Shown in pieces: positions 52,701 to 64,000 of a stretch of 64,000 nucleotides of DNA. This DNA comes from Octopus vulgaris (taxonomy: Eukaryota). Made by a program: the position numbers and the translations under genes. The stretch covers positions 127,286,001 to 127,350,000 of the forward strand of contig OX597819.1 in assembly GCA_951406725.2 (NCBI GenBank), given 5' to 3'. The notes below the pieces were generated by a model. The model saw only the letters and a list, made by a program, of their open reading frames with translations. It had not been told where the DNA came from and did not search any database. How positions within the stretch are numbered: position 1 is the first letter of the stretch; every line of letters starts with the position of its first letter.

Positions 52701-53861
52701 TATATATGTAGATAGATAGATTGGTAGATATAAATGCATACATACATATATGTATATATATAAATATATACATATGCACGCTGAACCAATACGACCTCCC
52801 ATATATGAATCTCACGCACACACATGCATATACACATACACGCACGAATGCACACACACACACACACATGTATATATATATATATATACATTCACACACA
52901 CATATACATACATACATACAGATATATATATATATACGTGTATTTAACTTAAACGTGTATATATATGTGTGCGAGTCTATGAATGCTAGTCTGAATTTCC
53001 TAATTTCTCATTATATTCTTTATCAAACTCATTAAATAACATTCTTTCTCTTAGGACAACTGTAAAAAGAAAGAAAAAACCGCAGCAAAAACGGAAGCGA
53101 AACCCATTTATAGCTTGAAAAACAAACAACTAAGCATTGCCAAGATGATTATGATGATGGTGATGATGACGATGACTATGACGACGACGACAACGACGAC
53201 TACGGCTGTGTTAGCAACAATGATGGCGATGTTATTCACGACGTTGGCAAAAAATACCGCACTTAATCTATCAAACGAACGTTAACCTGCTCTGAACATA
53301 AATATGACCACATGAGTTTTCATTCATGGTCATTGCATCCATTTTTGTTTTGATTTTTTTTCTCTTTTTAGTTTTTTTTTTTTTCTGAAATACCTCTGCG
53401 AAGAATATGCCATATGTATCGAAAGTAGAATTAGAACGATGGCTCATGTTTATAGGGTTTGATTGGAGGGAGATTTCATTCCTATTTCTTGATTATATGA
53501 TCAAATATGCGAAAGTCTCGGGTTTTGCGCCAATATATGTTTCATCTCATATTTCTAGATATTTCCGTATGTATTTCAGTAATGGCTGACAATTAATCTG
53601 TTGCTTACATTAACATTTCAATAATAACAGCTCAGTATTCATATTTCCGTTCATTACTACAGATTTCCTTCCAGACACAAATACGTACGCACAGAATGAT
53701 CAGAGGCTGCCAAACACTTCTATACACCCTTCCCCGCCCTTTCATACACACACACTCACAAACATTTTGCTTTCGAATGTTTCAATAAATGAGTGTACGT
53801 GATTAGATGCAGCGCATTCCTGGTGAGTGTATATGCATGTAGCCATGTACATATGTATATT

Positions 53862-54164
53862 ATCACCGTCACCGACCAGGCTATCAGATTATGCTACACA
53901 TCGCTGGTCACAATGCGCTTCGCATTGTTTTAGCCTTCAAATGACACCACCCCGCTGGCTAAGCGAGCAGGCCAACAGAAGAAAGAGTTAGAGAAAGTTG
54001 TGGCGAAAGAGTACAGCAGGGATCGCCACCACCCCATGCCGGAGCCACGTGGAGCTTTTAGGTGTTTTCGCTCAATAAACACTCACAACGCTCGGTCTGG
54101 GAATCGAAACCGCGATCCTACGACTGCGAGTCCGCTGCCCTAACCACTGGGCCATTGCGCCTCC
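53862..54164 (-). mobile_element. SINE family C with a third tail type
   Basis: Family C head; tail unrelated to those at 20272 and 34973. Confidence 0.85.
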
Positions 54165-54189
54165 ACATATATGTATATATATGTATATA

Positions 54190-54230
<41 letters not shown>

Positions 54231-54781
54231 TTATAAATAAGGATAATATCGATATTTAAATATCGATATGATCAAGTGGCCAGCATGGGAATAAATACCA
54301 TACAAAGGTAATAATTTTTCACAACTATAAATAAGGGCATCTGAGAGACACCACCATGCCGAAATAGCAGTCAAACCCTGACTCTAAAAACCACCTAAAA
54401 TGTTCATATCGCACCATGATATAAGACAAAGAGACAAAATAAACTAGCAAAAAGATATTACTGGATAATTCAAGATCCTGGATTTCTAGCTTTGCTTCAA
54501 ATAAGCTCTGCTTTCGTCAGTTGAATATACCACATTAGCACATAAATACAAACATATATATATATATATACAGAACATACGTGATACTTACATATACGAA
54601 CGTCCAAACATACATATATATGGACGTATGTACATACATATGTCTATATACATACATGTATACATACATGTACACATGTACATATATACACATATATATG
54701 TACACATGTATATATATATATACATATATGTATACATGTGTATATATATATGTGAATGTATGCATATAAATGAATATATAC

Positions 54782-54813
<32 letters not shown>

Positions 54814-55060
54814 CTATGCGTGTATGTGTTTACGTGTGAACTTTAGTGTGCTAGTAAGGTGGGGTCTGTATCAAAGGGCTGATGAGAATAATGAAACTGA
54901 CGCGCTCAAGAATTAAATTCTAATGAAGAGACGTTCCTGGGATAAAAGGGGTGTTTGTAGTGGCAAGTGCATCGACTGGAGAAAAGATACTGGTGACGAG
55001 AGAAAGAAGGGTGAGTATAAAGGGAGAAGTTGAACGGGTGTGGCACGAGACCATCCGGCA

Positions 55061-55165
55061 CCGATGACCAGAGGCCACTGCAGGTTTTGTGAAAAGAGTA
55101 AGGAAACGACAGAACATCTGTTGGAAGGTGGTAGAAAAGTTTTGGCGGGCGACTTCATGTCAGCA
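55061..55165 (+). pseudogene. Possible non-LTR retrotransposon zinc-knuckle remnant (R4/Dong-like)
   Basis: HCRFCEKSKETTEHLLEGGRKVLAG resembles CRxC....ETxxHxxxxC..LA; last Cys missing. Confidence 0.4.
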
Positions 55166-55187
55166 AGTCTGTCATAATTTCTTATTT

Positions 55188-55483
55188 ACACACAAACACA
55201 CACACACACACACACGCACACATTCACACACACACATACACACACTCACACATTCACACACAAACACACACACACACACAAACACACAAACACTCAAACA
55301 CACTACACACAAACACACAAACACTCAAACACACTACACACAAACACACTACCACAAAAACACACACACACACATTCACACACACTCACACACACATTCA
55401 CACACACTCACACACAGACACACACACACACAAGCCCACACACACACACAAACACACACATTCACACACACACAAGCACAAAC

Positions 55484-55518
<35 letters not shown>

Positions 55519-55550
55519 AACACACACATTCACACACACACACACACACA
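55188..55550. repeat. Degenerate (CA)n microsatellite
   Basis: Direct reading. Confidence 0.95.
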
Positions 55551-56489
55551 TTTCTGAAGCTTGTGCAAGCTGCCCAAAAATAGTAGATGCATGCTACATG
55601 CAGAGAACTGCTCTAATTACGCACCTGTTCTTGAAGCAGCTCTAAGGGACAAACGGGGTTTTTGTTTGTTTTAGTTTCAGTTACAATGGATTTTACCTAT
55701 GGTAACTTTTATTCACGTGGAAAACTATGTCATATCAGTACTACAGTCTCACCTTCTGCATCTTTCTGAAGACTTATATTGCAAACGATGATGACTTTCT
55801 ACAGTCGGAACTTTTATTGACCTCCTTAGAATTATACTTCTTTATGCATCTGACTCGACACTCGTTGCCTGACCGTTTAACTTTTTGTTTTATTATACGT
55901 ACATTCATAGATAGAAGAAAATTATATGATTTGCGTAGTAACAGTTGTTGGAAGAGATAGCAAATAGATAAATTTGATAAAAAGAAGGATAATATAAAGA
56001 ACAAGATTTAATTAGAGGTTTAAAGCAGAATAGATCTAGTGCGGGTCAGAGGCGGTCCTATCCTCACATGCGGGCAATCTGACAGGAAATTTCCAATACC
56101 AGAGCTGAGAGACGGTTGGAATCCACAAGCATGCAGTTTAGCTTTGCACGCAAAACAAAACCATTTTTCCTAATATATAGTGCAACAACACTTTTCACTA
56201 AATAAAAAATAAAAAAAACAGTGACCCACAGAACAGTGACTTTGAACAGGACACTGACAGAGGAGGGTGTGTTCATGTTTTTGAGAGAATGTGGATGGTT
56301 AACGATTGCCTCAATGAATGCTGAGACTGTTCCACTTCGAAAAGAATACACTGGTGCATGAGTCCAAATTTCGGATCAGATGCGTAAAGGAAAAAGAAAT
56401 AGAGACAGGAAGAAAGAGAAAGAAATTTAGGCATTAAGTGTAGGGTGCGGTGTTTATGTAGTTACAACTACAATCAGTTTGAATTTACT

Positions 56490-56545
56490 GGCATACATTT
56501 ACATACATACATGCATAGATACATGCATGCATACATACATATATA

Positions 56546-56579
<34 letters not shown>

Positions 56580-56910
56580 CATACATACATACATACATAC
56601 ATACATACATACATACATACATACATACATACATACATACATACACACAGACATACACATATATACATAATACATACATACACACATACATACATACATA
56701 CATACATACATACACACAGACATGCACATATATACATAATACATACACACATACATACATACAAACATACATACATACATACATAATACATACATACGTA
56801 CATACATACATACATACATACATACATACATACATACATACATACATACATACACACAGACATACATACATACATACATACATACATACATAAATACATA
56901 CATACATACA
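56490..56910. repeat. (TACA)n microsatellite
   Basis: Direct reading. Confidence 0.95.
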
Positions 56911-57377
56911 AAAGTCGGTAAATGCGACGTATCGTTAGTTTCGCCGAGATTGATTCGCGTTATTCATTCCCGTCGTCTGCGCTCTTACTCTAAAAGTATT
57001 CTTTCTTCCTGTACTTCGTCGAATCTTTTCTTTCTTTTCCTTTCTATCTATCCATCTCTCCCCTCCCCCCTCAATCTCTATCTGTCTGTCTGTCTCTCTC
57101 TTTTTCTCTCTCAGTCTCACATAATTACGTTACCCTGAGTTACTTACGAAACGGGATCAGATATGGCGTCGCTTACAAATACATTTGTTCTAATTTTACG
57201 CAGATATTTCAGTGTGAAGTTTTTGGCAATAACTGACAATTAATCCATTCCTTATATTACAGTTTTCAATAATAACTTAATGTACGAACTTCCTTTTCTC
57301 GTTGGTTTGAGGGGAGATTTCCTTCCAGTCCTACTGTGTATGTACTCATATACACCTAAGTAATAAGCACCTTTAAA

Positions 57378-57492
<115 letters not shown>

Positions 57493-58490
57493 TTCATATA
57501 TAGCAAGAGAATATCATTAGCTCGAATTGCGAATTTGATATGAAACATTTGTATGTGTGTATTAACAGCTATAATATGTATGTGTTGTGTGGGCATGTGT
57601 GTATGTGTGTATGTGTGTGTGTGTGTGTGTGTATGTGTGTATGTGCGTATGTGTGCGATTGTGTTCGGTCTCTAAGTAGTACATCACTAAAATGTTTTCC
57701 CTACTCACCACCTGTCACATTTAGTTCAATCATCAAGTGGGAAACTTGTATGTCTGCCGTGTAAAGTCTATGTACGGCTGTGGCTTAAAACTATAATAAC
57801 TCTATGTGCAGGTATTTTGATTAGACTATAAAATGAGTTAAGAATGTAAGTTTTTACACAACACGATGAAGTACTTATCCGAAAACAGTGTCCGACATCA
57901 CCTTTACAAGATAAATAGATATATATGTGCCCATACGTGTATGTGCGTGTTTATATGTGTCTATATGTGCTTCTACTCGATATGTGTAGAAGCAAAACAC
58001 ATTACCTTTCTATACATCATGTAGTTTACAATATAATTGTAGGTAGAAAGTTGAAGATTTGGCTGACTATTACTCAGAATTTTATAGGAACAAAAGTACG
58101 TGTGTGATCGAGCCAATATTTTCAAAAACTGGAGCTTTAATTGCATCCGGCTTGAAAGATGGATCCTTGTTGTTACACTGTCCCGTTTGGAGTTACCGAG
58201 AGACATGATGGAAAGTGTTGCTGAATATTGCATAAAAAAACCTGCGATGTGCTTTTAAATTGTAGAATCGCTACTAGTATATAGAGAAGCCACTCGCGTG
58301 TGATTAAATTTTGTTTATAAAGAAATTAATTGCCCGATTTTCGCAACGTTATTTTCCGAGCTAGTCGACTAGACCCAGGAAAAAATTTGAAAATCACTTA
58401 GATTTTTCCGTTATGTGATACGAGTTTTCTTGGGAAAAGCGAACCTTCAATAACAATCAATTGAAGTATGGAGAGGCTACAGATTATATA

Positions 58491-58718
58491 TATTTCTTTA
58501 CTGCCCACAAGGGGCTAAACACAGAGGGGACAAACAAGGACAGACAAACGGATTAAGTTGATTACATCGACTCCAGTGCGTAACTGGTACTTTATTTATC
58601 GACCCCGAAAGGATGAAAGACAAAGTCGACCTCGGCGGAATTTGAACTCAGAACGTAACGGCAGGCGAAATACCGCTAAGCATTTCGCCCGGTGTGCTAA
58701 CGTGTCTGCCAGCTCGCC
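58491..58718 (-). mobile_element. SINE family A monomer
   Basis: Consensus match. Confidence 0.9.
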
Positions 58719-58947
58719 GAGACGAATACCACTAAGAACTTCAATTATCATCTCCAGCTGTAATCAGGAATATAGTTGCAGGCACAAGCACAAACGACTT
58801 TTATTCCTCGAGAGAAAAACTTTCGATTGTATCCTATTATAAACCGCAGTAGGAAGGTTTCAATGAGATGAGACATTTGCTCACTCATCACCCAGACGAG
58901 GGGTGAAAGAAATCTTGTTTAATATGTCCCATAATTCAGGTTTCTCA

Positions 58948-59153
58948 TGGGGCTAAACATAGAGGGGACAAACAAGGACAGACAAAGGTCTTAAGTCGGT
59001 TACATCGACCCAGTGCGAAACTGGTACTTTATTTATTGACCCCGAGAAGATGAAAGGCAAAGTCGACCTCGGCGTAATTTGAACTCAGAACCTAACGACA
59101 GACGAAATACCGCTAAGCATTTCGCCCGGTGCGCTAACGTTTCTGCCAGCTCA
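58948..59153 (-). mobile_element. SINE family A monomer, 3' end missing
   Basis: Consensus match. Confidence 0.85.
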
Positions 59154-59203
59154 CAGCCATGGCCGAAATCATTATATTTAATGTAGACACCTTGAATAAG
59201 TTA

Positions 59204-59553
59204 GGCGCAGGAGTGGCTGTGTGAGGTTTAATACCTCATTTTGTGTTGTTGTTTTTTAAAAAAAAGAGAACAATGTTTTCGAGAATGCAACAATTGGCGG
59301 GCGTTGTTTGTCTCTTCCACCAACCATTTCTTTCATTCCATCATCATTGTGTCCTGGTCCAGTCCGCAGCTACTACCACTTAGTACGGCTTTTATAGCCA
59401 ATTAAATGAAATAAAGTAGCTTGCTTAGAAACCACACGGTTCCGGGTTCAGTTCCACCGCGTGGCACCTTGGGCAAGTGTCTTCTACTATAGCCTCGGGC
59501 CGACCAAAGTCTTGTGAGTGGATTTGGTAGACGGAAACTGAAAGAAGCCCATC

Positions 59554-59589
<36 letters not shown>

Positions 59590-59835
59590 TTGTGTGTGTG
59601 TGTGTGTGCGTGTGTGTCTATGTGTGTGTGTGTTTGTAAACACACCAGCATAAACAACCGATGCTGGTGCGTTTACGTCCCCTTAACTCAGCAGTTCGGC
59701 AAAAGGGGCCGATAGAATAAGTACTAGGCTAACAAAGAATAAGACGTGGGGTCGATTTGTTCGCCTAAAGTTGGTGCTCCAGCATGGCCGCAGTCAAATT
59801 ACTGAAACAAGTAACAGAATAAAAGACTAAAAGAA
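59204..59835 (+). mobile_element. SINE family B interrupted by an insertion of about 190 bp near its 5' end
   Basis: GGCGCAGGAGTGGCTGTGTG stops at about 59223 and resumes as AAGTAGCTTGC at about 59414. Confidence 0.8.
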
Positions 59836-60684
59836 AAGCATATCAGATCATTTATGAATCTATGAATCTATCCTTGGTGTTTGGCCGTTCATAATACGTG
59901 AGACTGCCAAAGCCAAACCCCTGTAAAAGCACGAGATGTGTGTAGGTAACTGACATTCTGACAGTGTCGTGGTAAACTAGATAAACGGATTACAAGGTCA
60001 GCTACACCATGCATGCTATGGCCTCCCATGGAGGCAACACAATAATTCACATAAGCAGAAGCTTCTCATTTTATCTGACCACAGTCTGAAGTTATTTCTA
60101 CCACTATCAGTATTTTTGAAAACTAAGGATGTCTATATTTCATATGAGTTTTGAATGAGGTTTGCTATAAGTTCCTGTTCATTTGTGAGAAAGTTATGGG
60201 TAACATTAAAGAAATTTAGCTAGTGACAATGATTTAGGTCGATATATCTGAAGTTATTAATGAGGTGTTTCCAAGAAATAGACAAAAATGTTCACCGCCT
60301 TGTTGGAATACAGCCAAAATATTATCTCCAAATAAACCAAAGTCTGTAGTGATAATTTTTTACTCAGTATACGTAGAGTGTACATTTAGATTCCACAACA
60401 TCGCGTTTCTCTGAGCTGTCAAATAACTCCGCGCTCACAACAATTACAACTCTGTGTCTGATCTCTTAAAGGACGAGTAGAATCTTCGTATCTATATTGT
60501 TTTATGTCTTAGAGTATTTCAGTCTTTGATTAAAAGTAATTTGAAGACAATAAGAAAATTCGACAATATCGAATTTAAACTCGTTTTTATAATTAATACT
60601 ATTAAACTACTAATGTTAATCTATTTTTGAATATTAGTTGACTTCCTAATATATTGATCATCTTATTAATTAATCCGACATATA

Positions 60685-60729
<45 letters not shown>

Positions 60730-61470
60730 TCGTGCATCTATGATAAATAGATTGGTGGATACATTATCTATAGGAGCTATACACATAATCTGAATGAGGA
60801 AAAACGGAAAGATGCTTCGAGTACTTTGCATAGAATTTCAAGACAGAAGAAAATGCGAAAACTGCAGCCACTTTTATATTGTTTGAGGGAATGTTGTATA
60901 TTAAAAGAGATAGCCTTTTGAATATATTTATAATATTTATTTTATTAAATTGAATAACCCTAATAAATTTGTCTTCTTCCACTGAAAACATTAAAATGTA
61001 CATATATTTGGTTTCGAAGCAAACATAAAATTTATAATGCCTTAATAAATAATGCATTATAGCTGCAGAAATGCCGATAAAATTGTCAACAATATAGAAA
61101 TTTTCTGAGAAGAATATCAAATTGATGAATAGATCATTTAAAAAGAGGGATGCATGATTTTGTTACAATGCATATGCGTACACACTTTGTTACACTCATA
61201 TAAGTGTATTTAGATATGTTATGTGTAGTGTGTGTGAGTTAGAATACATACACACACACACACACAAACTTGTACGTATTTATATATACATATATATGCC
61301 TATTTATCTATTCCCTATCTATCAATCTATCTAACTATATATATATATATATACATATATATGTATATATATGTACATAACTAATATTGTATGTATATAT
61401 TTTATTAATTTGCCTGTACGGCTGATAATTCGCTTACCACTTGTGATGGTATTTTAATAATACCATCCCT

Positions 61471-61539
<69 letters not shown>

Positions 61540-61712
61540 CAGATGTGTATGTATATATATGCATTTGCGCTTGTATGTGAGTATTTATCGTTCCTTCTGA
61601 GAAGAATACGTCTTAATCTAGTTCGGCGGGAGAATACTAAGTGATAAGTTTTATGACGACATTCTCATTATTGCTGTTTTGCTTATTAATGTTTGTGTTT
61701 GAGTGGTATAAC

Positions 61713-61713
<1 letters not shown>

Positions 61714-61760
<47 letters not shown>

Positions 61761-61911
61761 CAGCAGCAGTAGTTGTAGCAGTAGTAGTAGTAGTAGTAGT
61801 AGTAGTAGCAGTAGTAGTAGTAGTAGTAGTGGTGGTGGTGGTGGTGTAGTGGTAGGTAGTGGTAGTAGTAGTAGTAGTGGTGGTAGTGGTGGTGGTAGTA
61901 GTAGTAGTAGT
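61714..61911. repeat. (GTA)n/(GTG)n trinucleotide microsatellite
   Basis: Direct reading. Confidence 0.95.
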
Positions 61912-62286
61912 TGCCTTGTTCAATTGTTTACCTGCTTGTTTGTATTGATATTGTCTATTCTTATGATATTAAGAAACATAAATAAGTAGATAAATATATA
62001 TAGTTTTTAATGAAATCACCGATGATAGGAACAACAACAACAACAACAGCAACAATAACATCCTTAGCGGCAGCAGCAGCAGCAACGGCAGCGGCATCTA
62101 CTGTAACATAATTCATGGATTAATATCTGAAAATATCAGCTTTATATCGATGTATATAAGGGGCTAGCAGGGGTTTAAGACTGATTGATCAGACTTGGAT
62201 TTACTTACCATATTGCGGCCAGGATGGAGCACGTTCAGGTGCATTTCGTCGATTAAATCAACCCAGCTCTTAATTTTTACACACTG

Positions 62287-62692
62287 CTCTCTTTTACTTG
62301 CTCTTTTACTAGTTTCAATCATGTGACTGCGGCCTTGCTGGAGCACCGCCTTTAGTCGAGGAAATCGACACCAGGACTTATTCTTTGTAAACCTAGTACT
62401 TATTTAATAGGTCCCTTTTGCCGAACCGCCAACTTATGGAAACGTAAACACACCAGCATCGGTTGTCAAGCGATTGGCAAGGGGGGAGGGGGCACAAACA
62501 CACACGCACATACACACATATATATACATATATACGACGTGCTTCTTTCTGTTTCCGTCTCCCAAAAACACTCACAAGGCTTTGGTCGGCCCGAGGCTAT
62601 AGTAGAAGACACTTGCCCAAGATGCCACGCAGTGGGACTGAACTCGGAACCATGTGGTTCGTAAGCAAGCTACTTACCACACAGCCACTCCT
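62287..62692 (-). mobile_element. SINE family B
   Basis: Full-length consensus match. Confidence 0.9.
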
Positions 62693-62891
62693 ATACAAGT
62701 TAAAACACACTTAGGCAGAATTTGAAATCGACACTCTAGTGATATTGTCATACATATTTTGTTTTTTCTCCTTTTTACTTTTTTCAGTCATTAGACTGCG
62801 GCTGTGCTGGAGCATCGCCTTGAAGGATTTTAAATCGAAAGTTTCGACCCCGGTACTTTTTTTTGAAGCCTGGTATTTATTCTATCGGCAT

Positions 62892-62922
<31 letters not shown>

Positions 62923-63068
62923 AGGTGTATGTGTGCCTGTGTGTATGTATGTATGTATGTATCTATGTATGTATGTATATGTGTGTGTGTGTGTATATGT
63001 CTGTGTGTGTGTGTGTGGTACTTTGGGCAACTGTCTTCTACTATTGCCTGAGGCCTACCAAGCCCGTC

Positions 63069-63102
<34 letters not shown>

Positions 63103-63893
63103 TAATAAATAAAATATATGCATACATACAAACATATATGTACGTACCTACATCTACATGTATATATACATGCATATATAAATATATATACGTAAATACA
63201 GGACACCACAAAAAGACGTAGAACTCAACAGAAACGAAAACGGAAAACCCATTTTTTTACAACAGAAAGACAGAGACGTGGAACAGGACGAGAACGAAAA
63301 CGGGAAAAACATTATTTACAACAGAAAAAAGGTACAGGACAAGCTACACAAGGAAATTCCCCAATCATCAGCTGTCGCTAGTAGACTTAAGCGTGTTTCG
63401 AAGGCAAGACAGGACACGACTCGTCAATACTAGGCCTTCCTGCGAGAGAATTAAAATAAAATAACCTCGCAGAGGGGTAAAACGAGCAAGAAAAAAATGT
63501 AACACAAACAGGACGTAACAGTAAAACTGCACAATAAAATACAAGATCAAAATACATTTACAAGAAAATACAAAACGAGAAATAAAATACAATACGAGAA
63601 ATCAAAATAAACAAGAAAACAAACGAGAAAAACCAACGAAAAGGCCTTTGTTCTGGCTGGGACGGAAGAGGTTCTGGCAAGCGCGTGGAAACATGACTTT
63701 ACGGTTTGAAAGCAGCGTGCAAAAGGATTAGCAGTGACAAAAGTGAGGAGGAGTGAGAGAGAGAGATAGAGGAAGACACGCGGCTAAGAGAGAGATGAGG
63801 AAGAGGGAGAGAGAGAGGGGAAGGTAAAGCAAAGGGAGAGAATTTCGCGTCATAATTATATTATAAAACAATACTGGGAGGATAAGAAACGGA

Positions 63894-63951
<58 letters not shown>

Positions 63952-63953
<2 letters not shown>

Positions 63954-64000
63954 GAAGTGCAATGGCCCAGTGTTTAGAGCAGCGGACTCGAGGTTGTAGG
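63952..64000 (+). mobile_element. SINE family C head, cut by window end
   Basis: GGAAGTGCAATGGCCCAGTGTTTAGAGCAGCGGACTCG. Confidence 0.75.

Noticed and set aside
54335-54380. GGCAT/ATGCC stem followed by GAAATAGCAGTC
   Set aside because: No CUGANGA-like core in the right place; at best a very decayed relic
54876-54907. CTGATGA...GAAAC hammerhead-like words
   Set aside because: No stem II pairing and no NUH triplet
55770-56070. Faint hAT dimerisation-domain-like peptide on the - strand
   Set aside because: Similarity too weak to support without a search

Overview
AT-rich, repeat-dense eukaryotic non-coding DNA (intronic or intergenic). The SINE families and the microsatellite load point to an octopus (coleoid cephalopod) genome; this is inferred from repeat families, not from a search. 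No intact host protein-coding gene is supported, and almost all ORFs in the track are translations of microsatellites or SINEs. The window holds at least four tRNA-derived SINE families, decayed RTE/RTE-X, Penelope-like and possibly R4-like retrotransposon fragments, mariner transposase fragments, MITEs and several non-autonomous Helitrons. Main result: about a dozen minimal type-I hammerhead ribozyme (HHR) motifs, in several distinct short Penelope-pLTR-like elements. Most of these elements sit in (TA)n tracts or carry 12-13 bp target-site duplications (TSDs), several are fold-back palindromes, and several have non-canonical cores (G3:C8 swap, U4C, A6U, very long stem II). Second result: one SINE family repeatedly forms head-to-tail multimers with a fixed junction in a hairpin loop, most inside a single TSD, suggesting circular-RNA or template-jumping reverse transcription. 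All folds were read by eye and ribozyme activity is untested.
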